Shown: positions 1 to 8,483, counted from the first letter of the stretch. The stretch is 64,000 nt of DNA from Candidatus Zhuqueibacterota bacterium (GCA_049322915.1 JBMOPW010000014.1:573527-637526), one strand, 5' to 3'. Notes: generated by a model from the letters alone, not told the origin. Program-made: numbers and translations.

Positions 1-48
1 GTTTAAATTCCAGTCATCTGCTATAACTATATTCCACAGGAGAATATA

Positions 49-3000
49 ATGATTGAAATTGCCGGTTTTATAGGTAAAATATTATCTGAAAAGGCGCTCG
101 AAAAATTGTTGAACAACATTTTTAATGGCAACAAATCCGCGCTGCAAAAAGCGTATGAAAAGGCGTTTGAAAATACAGTTAATTATTACGAGTATAATTA
201 CCGCAACAAGTATGGTGCAAAGAATAACCGCTTTTTTAACTACCAGTCCGCGGAAGAAGAACTGATTAAACTCACCTTTGTCCGCCAAAATCCTGACCCG
301 GACATGCTGGCGCAGATTGAGTGGGAGCATGGTGTAACAACTCCCCCAAAAATTATTTTAGATTTTGTGAACTACCTGCGTTATCAGATGTCCCAATTCA
401 GGGAATGCGAGGACATTCTCGTGGAAAAGGATAAATATCAATCGTTGATGAATATTGATAAAAATACAGATGGAATTGCCCGAAATATTAAAGAGCTCAC
501 CAACCATTTTGTAAAAAAAGAACCCGAAGAAGATACCAGGCCGCTCCACTGGAAACACCTTTACAACGCCTTTAAAGACCGGAAGCTGCATGAAGTCTCC
601 ATAAAACATGTTGGCGGTGGTTTGTTGGGACCGGAAACCCTCCCGCTGGAAGATGTATTTTTTGTGCAGGATGCAGGTTTTCGATGGCTGGGAATTGGAA
701 TGAAATCTGCCAAAGTGCAGAAGAAAGAAAACAAAAACAGTGAACTGTTCGATGAGCTGACTGTTTGCGAAGGACATGTTTGGCGAGCGCTGCAGGAGCT
801 GCAAATAAATACAAGCCATATAAGAAAAATTATGGATGGAATCGATAAAGAAAAAATTTTAAAAATTGCCGCCGAGTTTGCAGTAAAATATAATAAACAT
901 TCAACGGTTTTCGGCAATCAGCATTTTCAGCAAATTGTTGATCAATTGGCCCAACGATTTGAGTTGACTTCTTCTCACATCATTGCCGCGTTGAGTCTTT
1001 ATTTTACAGAAACGATTAAACGCGAGCCAGTCCTTGATTTGCTGAAACCGCCCTGTTCCGCATTTGTTATCGGGGACGCCGGCGTGGGAAAAACAACGGT
1101 GATGCGAAGGCTGGCTCTGAATTTATTCCATCGACTGGAAAACGGCGAAGAAAATGTACCGCTGCCTTTATTTGTCAGGCTTGACAAGATCGAGGATTAT
1201 ATAAAAGAAAAACAGAGCATCCATCAAGGGAAAAAAGCGTTGCTGCAATATATCGCTGACCATTGGAAATCGCATGTCAGTCATGAATCCGACATTTCAG
1301 CGTCTGCCATTGAACAATGCGAATTACCCCTGCAAATAATGCTGGATGGGTTGGATGAAATCCCATCCGCCAATATCCGGGAAAAATTAATCCTCGTCAT
1401 TCGCGATCTTGTTCAGGGACAAACGTGCAATATTATTATCACCTCCAGGCCGACTGCCGTGGATACGGCGTTAATTAAAACTTCTGAATTAAATGAGATT
1501 CGCCTGCTGGAATTAACATCCAAACAAACAAATGAATTTGTGAACAAATTTTTTGAAATATACAATTGTCCGAAATCAGGCAAAGCCGACAGCGCCAAAT
1601 TCAAATCTGCGTTAGAGCTTTCCGACGCGGCCATGCTGTTTGCCGGCAATCCGCTTTACCTGACCGTGATGATTTTAATGCACAAGAAAAATGAGGTGCT
1701 GCCCAAAAAAAGGTTGGAACTGTATGCGGAATTTTACCAGATGTTGCTGTTGCAGCGTTCGACCGGGCAATTCAAAGGCAAACTGGCAGACAGGCCTGCG
1801 CTGCGCATTCAGGATGAAAAAATTATTCACTGGGGCGAGGCCGTTTATACGCCTCTGCTGCAATGGATCGCTTACCTCACCCACAGCAATGACGCAGACA
1901 GCGTTAGCATCGAGAAACAATATGTGATTGACGCGATTAAAAAGGAAGATTTGCAGCAGGAGTTAAAACTGATCAGCCTGGAAAATCTGGCAGAACGATT
2001 CATTAATTTTGCCGATGAAGAGCTGGGATTGCTGGTCTCGCGGGGACAGTTTTACGGATTCAGCCATCGGTCGCTGCAGGAATTTTTAGCGGCCATGCAT
2101 CTGGCTGATTATCAGAAAGAACCATCCATTGAACAGTTTTGGACGGACCAGGCGCTGAAAAAACCGGATCGCTGGATGGAAGTGGCCCGGCTGCTGTTCT
2201 GCAAAATTCTGGATAAAAAATTTTTCGCGACCTGGGTGCGGGATATAAACGATACAAAAGATCCCCGCGTGATCCGGTTAATTCAATCCATTATTTTCGA
2301 TCTGGAAGAGTTCTTTCCCGGGGGCGGCGGCATTCAGTCGCAGAAGGAAAGTGTGCAAAAAGCGCTTGTTTCCCGGCGGGATAAATCCCACGGCTCACCG
2401 GACATGTTCCTCGCCTGCTCCGATGCACTTGGTTCCATGGATGTTCCGCCAATTTCCATTGCCGATCCGCCTGTGGTAAAATTGGTGGCACGGGAGCCGT
2501 TCACCATGGGGATTAATTATTTCGATGATGATACGAAACCTGAATTTAAGGCAACTTTGTCACCCTATTACATGGGGCAATACCCGGTCACCAATAAGGA
2601 ATTTGCCGAATTTATCAACGATGGCGGGTACACCGAGGAAAAATATTGGCGCAGCAGTCATGAAATGTTTACTTTTGATGGAAAAAAAATTTTAGAGGAT
2701 TTAAAAAATAAAACTCCTGAGTATTGGGATGACGAACGATTTGGCAAAAAACGTCCCCTGGTCCCTGTCGTGGGCGTGAGCTGGTACGAGGCCATGGCGT
2801 ATTGTTTATGGTGGAATGAAAAATATGGCGCGGCATGGGCAGAAAGTCATGGTCGTAAAAAAATACTGGTGCGCCTGCCCACCGAAGCGGAATGGGAATT
2901 TGCTGCGCGTGGCTATTCAGGCAGAAAATATGCCTGGGGCGATGAAAATATTGAAACGGACAGGTGTAATTTTTCTTCCTCCAACTTAGACAGAACCTCG

Positions 3001-3300
3001 ACTGTCGGCAGCTATCCCCGGGGCAAAACGCCGGACGTCGATCTGTACGACTTGAGCGGCAATGTCTGGGAATGGTGCATCGATTGGTACAATGAGAAAT
3101 TTTATGCGGAGTGCAAAAGACAGGGTGTCGTGGAAAATCCTGTATGCGCCAGTAAAGGTTCGTACCGCGTGATGCGCGGCGGTAGCTGGGACTTCACTGC
3201 TGACTACTGCCGATCGGCGAATCGTAGCAGGGGCCGTCCTGGAAGGCGTAACAGCCTTGTTGGCTTCCGCCTGGTGTTCGTCCCGCAGTCAGTTGTGTAG
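49..3300 (+). CDS. NACHT NTPase + C-terminal FGE-sulfatase/SUMF1 (C-type lectin fold) protein; DGR target 1
   Basis: Walker A GDAGVGKTT, Walker B LDGLDE, IITSRP, GNPLYL, FSHRSLQEFLAA; C-terminal FGE motifs VTNKEF, RLPTEAEWEFAARG, DLSGNVWEW, RGGSW, GFRLV; RBS 'aggag' upstream. Confidence 0.92.
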   Translation: MIEIAGFIGKILSEKALEKLLNNIFNGNKSALQKAYEKAFENTVNYYEYNYRNKYGAKNNRFFNYQSAEEELIKLTFVRQNPDPDMLAQIEWEHGVTTPPKIILDFVNYLRYQMSQFRECEDILVEKDKYQSLMNIDKNTDGIARNIKELTNHFVKKEPEEDTRPLHWKHLYNAFKDRKLHEVSIKHVGGGLLGPETLPLEDVFFVQDAGFRWLGIGMKSAKVQKKENKNSELFDELTVCEGHVWRALQELQINTSHIRKIMDGIDKEKILKIAAEFAVKYNKHSTVFGNQHFQQIVDQLAQRFELTSSHIIAALSLYFTETIKREPVLDLLKPPCSAFVIGDAGVGKTTVMRRLALNLFHRLENGEENVPLPLFVRLDKIEDYIKEKQSIHQGKKALLQYIADHWKSHVSHESDISASAIEQCELPLQIMLDGLDEIPSANIREKLILVIRDLVQGQTCNIIITSRPTAVDTALIKTSELNEIRLLELTSKQTNEFVNKFFEIYNCPKSGKADSAKFKSALELSDAAMLFAGNPLYLTVMILMHKKNEVLPKKRLELYAEFYQMLLLQRSTGQFKGKLADRPALRIQDEKIIHWGEAVYTPLLQWIAYLTHSNDADSVSIEKQYVIDAIKKEDLQQELKLISLENLAERFINFADEELGLLVSRGQFYGFSHRSLQEFLAAMHLADYQKEPSIEQFWTDQALKKPDRWMEVARLLFCKILDKKFFATWVRDINDTKDPRVIRLIQSIIFDLEEFFPGGGGIQSQKESVQKALVSRRDKSHGSPDMFLACSDALGSMDVPPISIADPPVVKLVAREPFTMGINYFDDDTKPEFKATLSPYYMGQYPVTNKEFAEFINDGGYTEEKYWRSSHEMFTFDGKKILEDLKNKTPEYWDDERFGKKRPLVPVVGVSWYEAMAYCLWWNEKYGAAWAESHGRKKILVRLPTEAEWEFAARGYSGRKYAWGDENIETDRCNFSSSNLDRTSTVGSYPRGKTPDVDLYDLSGNVWEWCIDWYNEKFYAECKRQGVVENPVCASKGSYRVMRGGSWDFTADYCRSANRSRGRPGRRNSLVGFRLVFVPQSVV
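3157..3288 (+). repeat. DGR variable repeat VR1
   Basis: 132-nt ungapped match to TR 3601-3732 with 15 mismatches, all at TR adenines. Confidence 0.96.
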
Positions 3301-3401
3301 TTATTCAATTTTCCTGTGAGCAAAACGAGCTGTTTGAACGGAGTGAACGAGGCGGCGAGGGACGAGCCGCCGAGAGAGTGGAGTGAAAACAGCGAGTTGG
3401 G
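3289..3401 (+). promoter_or_regulatory. Post-VR1 IMH/hairpin target-recognition region
   Basis: Near-identical to 6019-6131 after VR2 and absent after the TR; stems gctgttt(3329-3335)/aaacagc(3387-3393) and ggcggc(3351-3356)/gccgcc(3366-3371). Confidence 0.75.
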
Positions 3402-3456
3402 GGGGATGTATAAAATTAGTGAAAATACATTATAAATAGGCTGATTAGATTGAAAC

Positions 3457-3543
3457 CTGTCATTGCGAGGAACGTTTTTTGTGACGAAGCAATCCCCTTG
3501 GGCACAGTAGATTGCTTCGACAAAAACCGTCTCGCAATGACAG
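3457..3543. repeat. Palindromic REP/MITE-like element
   Basis: Terminal IR ctgtcattgcgag/ctcgcaatgacag plus inner IR cgaagcaatc/gattgcttcg. Confidence 0.8.
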
Positions 3544-3600
3544 TATCCTAGAAAGATTTAGATGTACTATGCCAATATATTGAAATGGGCATCAATCGCA

Positions 3601-3732
3601 GGTTCGAACCGCGTGATGCGCGGCGGTAGCTGGAACAACACTGCTGACAACTGCCGATCAGCGAATCGTAACAGGAACAATCCTGAAAGGCGTAACAACA
3701 ATGTTGGCTTCCGCCTGGTGTTCGTCCCGCAG
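3601..3732 (+). ncRNA. DGR template repeat (TR)
   Basis: Intergenic AAC/AAT-rich copy of the two gene 3' ends (11 AAY triplets, 33 adenines); all differences to both VRs are at its adenines. Confidence 0.95.
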
Positions 3733-3860
3733 CTCACAGGAAAGTTGGATGACTACCTCTGAACAGATTGCTGTCCCACTCGCTGAAAGGCGATAAATAA
3801 CGAAACAGAATACACAGCGCTGGTAGGGCAAATGGATGTTTGTTTCGAAGGCGCTGTGTG
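3733..3860 (+). ncRNA. Structured 3' spacer of DGR RNA (putative)
   Basis: Directly follows TR; stem acacagcgc(3812-3820)/gcgctgtgt(3851-3859) and small hairpin tcgc-tgaaag-gcga. Confidence 0.55.
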
Positions 3861-3900
3861 TTTGATAATTGGATTGTTTTCAAGAGGAAAGGTTATACAA

Positions 3901-6030
3901 ATGGTTGAGATTTTTAAGCCCATTATTGATCTGTTAACAAACCCTTTATCTCATTTATTTAAAACTCTCGGATTCGGTGACAAGGCGGCAAATGCCTTTG
4001 CAGCGGTTTTGCTTGCATTAATTTTCTATCTTATCATTATCTTATTGAAAGATCAATTTCGAAGGTTTAAAAATAGGCGCAGCGCCAGAGATTTAAAACC
4101 CGAATTTGATTATAAGACAATTAAAGGCTTTCGTGAAATTTTTATTCCCTCAAGATATGATCGGATTTCTCCCAATAGGTATGATAATCCCCATGAGGCG
4201 CATAAGCATAGTGAACCCCGTAAGCTTATTCCATTTATGTTAAAAAAGTCATTTAACGAACGGGTTGAAAATGAAAAGTTTTATTTAATTCTTGGAGACT
4301 CCGGGATGGGGAAGACCGCATTTATGGTCAATTTGTATATAAAATTTCATTCAGTTTTCAGATTCAACCGGAATCATAAAATGAAATTATTTCGTTTCCA
4401 GCCGCCGGATATAGATGATCCCGAAGACGTAATTGAGAGAATAAAAAAGATAGATCGCGAGGAAGCAAAAAATACAATTTTATTATTAGATGGATTAGAC
4501 GAAGACCCTTATATTTTATCCAAAGATCCGAAAGTCACCGATGACGCTGCTTTTGAGAAGAGATTAAATAATATCGCCAGCAGCACTAAAAATTTTTGTG
4601 ATGTTGTTATCACCTGCCGTACACAATATTTTCCACAGGAAGAGTTGCAGGATTATGTCCTTAGTATTCGAAAACCTGATGGCGGATTTTTTAAATTAAA
4701 TAAATATTACTTGTTTCCCTTTTCTGATAAAGAAGTTAAAAAGTATTTAAGAAAAAAATATGGAGTGCTCAGATTTTGGAACCGGCCAAAAAAGAAAAAA
4801 GCGAAATTGTTAGTTGAGAATTCTCATAAATTAATGTCCAGACCGATGTTGCTCTCGTATCTGGATGATTTAGTTGTTGAGGAGGATGTTAAATATAGAA
4901 ATTGTTATCAAATTTATGAAACGCTGATTGAAAAGTGGATTGACCGGGAAAGTAAAAAATGTAAAAAACCAAATGAACAGGAGAAATTTAAAAAAAATTT
5001 AAGAAAGCTGGCGCACGAAACTGCGCTGGATATGTACGCGAAATGGCAATCCGAGGGTGTGTTGTTTCTTAAAAAAGAGGATACCGATAACCTGGCAAAT
5101 AAGTATAATATTGAATTAAAACCTGAAGAGGTTAAAGGCAAGTCCTTGCTCACCTGCGATCCGTTGCGAAACTGGAAATTCGCCCATAAATCCATTCTTG
5201 AATATTTTCTGGCAATAGAATGTTTTAATAAATTGGAGTTTGCAGTAAACTTCAATTTCACCGGTATGGACATGGTGAAACATTTTTATGAAGAGATGCA
5301 GCCCTTTATTAATGCAACCGATTTTGTCAAAGTGGAATTTGGTGTTTTTAAAATGGGTGATGAGTATGGCGATCTAGGCTCTAGTGAAAAACCGGTGCAT
5401 GATGTAAAAATTTCCGATTTTTATATGAGTAAAACTTTAGTGACGCAAAAATTCTAGAACGATATTATGGGAAGCAATCCATCACATTTTAAGAATGGAG
5501 GAGAATACCCGGTTGAACAAGTGAACTGGGATGATGTTCAGGAATTTATTGAAAAGTTACACCAAAAAACAGGCATGAAGTTTCGTTTGCCCACAGAGGC
5601 TGAATGGGAATATGCAGCCCGCGGCGGCCACAAAGCCCCGGTAAAAGATGGCGTGCATGTTGGGAAATTCAGGTATGCCGGCAGCGATAACCTGGATGAA
5701 GTGGGTTGGTATGAAGGAAATTCAGATAAAAAAACTCACCCGGTTGCCGGTAAAAAACCGAATGAACTGGGGCTGTACGACATGAGCGGCAATGTGTGGG
5801 AGTGGTGTCTGGACTGGTATGATGAAAAATATTATAAAGAATGTCAGAAACAGGGTGTTGTGGAAAATCCTGAGTGCACCAGGGAAGGTTCGTACCGCGT
5901 GATGCGCGGCGGTAGCTGGAACAACACTGCTGACTACTGCCGATCAGCGTATCGTCGCGGGGGCAATCCTGTTAGGCGTTTCGACTTTGTTGGCTTCCGC
6001 CTGGTGTTCGTCCCGCAGTCAGTTGTGTAG
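3901..6030 (+). pseudogene. Membrane-anchored NACHT + FGE-sulfatase protein, DGR target 2, interrupted by in-frame TAG at 5455-5457
   Basis: N-terminal TM helix, GDSGMGKT, LLDGLDE, VITCRT, FAHKSILEYFLA; ORFs 3832-5457 and 5467-6030 are in the same frame and separated only by one TAG (VTQKF*NDIMGSNPS); likely start ATG 3901 after 'agaggaaagg'. Confidence 0.85.
5887..6018 (+). repeat. DGR variable repeat VR2
   Basis: 132-nt ungapped match to TR with 15 mismatches, all at TR adenines. Confidence 0.96.
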
Positions 6031-6131
6031 TTATTCAATTTTCCTGTGAGCAAAACGAGCTGTTTGAACGGAGTGAACGAGGCGGCGAGGGACGAGCCGC
6101 TGAGAGAATGGAGAGAGAACAGCGAGTTGGG
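6019..6131 (+). promoter_or_regulatory. Post-VR2 IMH/hairpin target-recognition region
   Basis: Copy of 3289-3401 with few substitutions. Confidence 0.75.
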
Positions 6132-6203
6132 TTTGCGGCGTATTGATAGAATTAAATCTATTTTTGGTCTATGCACGTGCGCGTAATGTTAGTCGTTGAA
6201 ACG

Positions 6204-6857
6204 AGCCCCAACGGGGCGAGATACTTTAGCTCAGGGCAACGCCCTGAGTAGATGGTAATTAACACGAACAAATCACCACAACACCCATCAACAAACCGAG
6301 GGTGCCATCACCCAAACAGGAGAGAAAGGAGGAATGATGCCACAAAGCCTGTCCAAAGTATACATTCATTTAGTGTTCAGCACAAAAAATCAAAAAGAAA
6401 TTATCGATCCTGACATTGAAAAAGAGTTGTATCCCTACATGGCGGCGCTATTTCGTGAAAGCGATTCACCGGCGATTATTATAAATGGTGTATCGAATCA
6501 TGTGCATAATTTATTTTTACTCTCCCGGAAATTTGCAATCAGCCAGGTTGTTGAAAACGTAAAAAAGAAATCATCAAAATGGATAAAAACAAAGGGTGAG
6601 CGGTATAAATCATTCTATTGGCAAAACGGATACGGGACTTTTTCAATCAGTCGCACGCATGTTGATGTGGTGAAAAAATATATTTTAAACCAGAAATCGC
6701 ATCATGCACAGACCTCGTTTCAGGGCGAATACCGGAAACTCCTTAATAAATACAATATCGAATATGATGAGCGATATGTTTGGGATTAGGGCGTTTATTG
6801 AGTTCCGTGGTCATCAGGGCGTTGCCCCGGGTTGGGATAAGTCGCTCCGTTGGAGCT
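6204..6857 (+). mobile_element. IS200/RAYT element with inverted REP-like palindromic flanks
   Basis: 6204-6246 (agccccaacggggc...cagggcaacgccctg) is an imperfect inverted copy of 6815-6857 (cagggcgttgcccc...gctccgttggagct). Confidence 0.7.
6334..6789 (+). CDS. tnpA: IS200/IS605-family (RAYT-like) Y1 HUH transposase
   Basis: YIHLVFSTK, HUH motif NHVH, WQNGYGTFS, YILNQ, ends YVWD. Confidence 0.9.
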   Translation: MMPQSLSKVYIHLVFSTKNQKEIIDPDIEKELYPYMAALFRESDSPAIIINGVSNHVHNLFLLSRKFAISQVVENVKKKSSKWIKTKGERYKSFYWQNGYGTFSISRTHVDVVKKYILNQKSHHAQTSFQGEYRKLLNKYNIEYDERYVWD

Positions 6858-6967
6858 AAAATTCAGAAAATTCCACCGCAAGGTTTTTTCCCTGGTATCG
6901 TCAAAACAAGTAGTCGTTCTAATCATGAATTAATTCAGACCAACCACAGGAAATTTTTTTAACGTGC

Positions 6968-7612
6968 ATGGCAGATTTTTCGAATGTGACACATAGCGCA
7001 GAAATCCGGAGACAGAAACGTGATCGGGCGACTCCCATGGATGAGCTGGAACTGCTGGAAAAATTGAAATCCGGACAGGCGGATGCATTCAAATTTCTGG
7101 TGGATGCGTACCATGAAAAAGTATTGAATACCTGCTTTCGATTTCTGAATAATAAAGAGGACGCGGAGGATTTGGCCCAGGAAGTCTTTGTGACGGTGTA
7201 CCGGTCGGTCGGTGATTTTCGGGGGGAATCCAAAATTTCATCGTGGATTTATCGCATTGCCGTCACTCGTTCGCTGGACGCCTATCGCAGGAAAAACCGG
7301 AAAAAGCGTTTCGCGAAAATGCAGCGCCTGATTGGACTTAAGGAAAACGAAGATGCGCTGCAAATTCCCGATGCTCAGAATCCATCCGCTGAATTGGAGG
7401 ACAAAGAACGGGCGGCGATATTGCAGCGGGCGCTGAATGGGCTGCCGGAGAATCAGCGCGCGGTCATCACGTTGAACAAGTACGAGGGGTTCAGCCAAAA
7501 AGAAATTGCAGACATCATGGGGACATCTGTTTCGTCGGTCGAGTCGTTGATGCATCGTGGAAAGAAGAATTTGTTTAAACGGCTGTACGCGTACTATGAT
7601 AAAATTATTTAA
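6968..7612 (+). CDS. ECF RNA polymerase sigma-70 factor
   Basis: DAEDLAQEVF, SWIYRIA, LPENQRAVITL..EGFSQKEIADIMG; start may be ATG 7037. Confidence 0.92.
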   Translation: MADFSNVTHSAEIRRQKRDRATPMDELELLEKLKSGQADAFKFLVDAYHEKVLNTCFRFLNNKEDAEDLAQEVFVTVYRSVGDFRGESKISSWIYRIAVTRSLDAYRRKNRKKRFAKMQRLIGLKENEDALQIPDAQNPSAELEDKERAAILQRALNGLPENQRAVITLNKYEGFSQKEIADIMGTSVSSVESLMHRGKKNLFKRLYAYYDKII

Positions 7613-7619
7613 TGTACTT

Positions 7620-7785
7620 AGCCTGCATTATTCATAGTATTTTTAAAGGAGGCTGGCTAACCTGAATGGTGCTCTTTTTAGAATAAACGTATAAAAACTG
7701 AGTTTCAAAATAGCTTAGCCTTTAGCTAATTGAAAATCTAAATGTTGACTCAAATTCTGAGCAAGTTCATGAATAATTCAGGTTA
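7620..7785. mobile_element. 166-bp MITE copy 1
   Basis: 3 mismatches to 47203-47368; imperfect terminal IRs agcctgcattattcat / atgaataattcaggtt. Confidence 0.8.
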
Positions 7786-7993
7786 GACGCAACTCTGGAA
7801 AATTCGGACATCCTTCCTTGCTCCCCTTCAAAGGGGGGATGCGGTCAACTTTAGCTATTGGCTTTCATTGACAAGTAGCGATTGAACGTTGACAATTGAC
7901 TATTTCTTTTTTCCTTTCAATGGCGAATTGCAAAGGGAGAATTGTCAATTGTGAATGAGGAATTGATGTTACTATAATATTTTACTATTATTT

Positions 7994-8073
7994 ATATGAA
8001 TGACCAGTTAAAATTTTGGCGCCTATATCATTATTGGGCATTCGCGTAGTGGACGGTCGCGACTGTCCACTAC
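7994..8073 (+). repeat. 80-bp repeat ending in GTAG-type REP hairpin, copy 1
   Basis: Similar to 34669-34748; hairpin gtagtggac...gtccactac. Confidence 0.7.
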
Positions 8074-8165
8074 ATATACAAAAGTGGATCGAATTTATTG
8101 CACATGCTTTCAACTGGTCCTTCATATTATTCATATAACCACATCTTTTTCGAAGAGGGATAAAG

Positions 8166-8474
8166 ATGAACCGAAAACAAAAAATCGAACAGGAAATTGA
8201 AAAAACGCTCGGGCAATTTGAGCGGGCGGAACGGCTGCCGTCCAATCCTTATTTCCACACCCGGGTTCAGGCGCGACTCAATGAGACGCCGGAGCCGAGC
8301 GGGGTGTTAAAACCGATATTCCTCGCAGTCCTGCTCACGCTGAATATCCTGACGGCCGTTTACTTCATTGGCGGAGGAACCTCGCAGTCGACGGCCCGCA
8401 GCGATTTGCTGAGCGAATTTGCCCAGGAAATTGGTCTTGAAGAAAGCGAAACTGAATTCATCAATATTCAATAA
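8166..8474 (+). CDS. Putative single-TM anti-sigma-like protein
   Basis: NPYFHTRVQARL followed by TM helix; downstream of ECF sigma. Confidence 0.65.
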   Translation: MNRKQKIEQEIEKTLGQFERAERLPSNPYFHTRVQARLNETPEPSGVLKPIFLAVLLTLNILTAVYFIGGGTSQSTARSDLLSEFAQEIGLEESETEFINIQ

Positions 8475-8483
8475 GGTGCGACG

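Noticed and set aside
3562..3762. 66-aa ORF resembling an FGE C-terminus
   Set aside because: It is the translation of the DGR template repeat (Asn-rich from AAC triplets), not a credible protein.
3832..3900. Longer start for target 2 at ATG 3832
   Set aside because: It lies inside the TR spacer hairpin; ATG 3901 has a better RBS.
5455..5457. Genome-wide TAG recoding as the explanation for the in-frame amber
   Set aside because: TAG is a normal stop in other genes here (e.g. 3298-3300, 6028-6030, 10123-10125).
3157..6131. CRISPR array or simple gene duplication as the cause of the three repeats
   Set aside because: There is no repeat-spacer periodicity and no cas genes, and the strictly adenine-specific mismatches fit a DGR.
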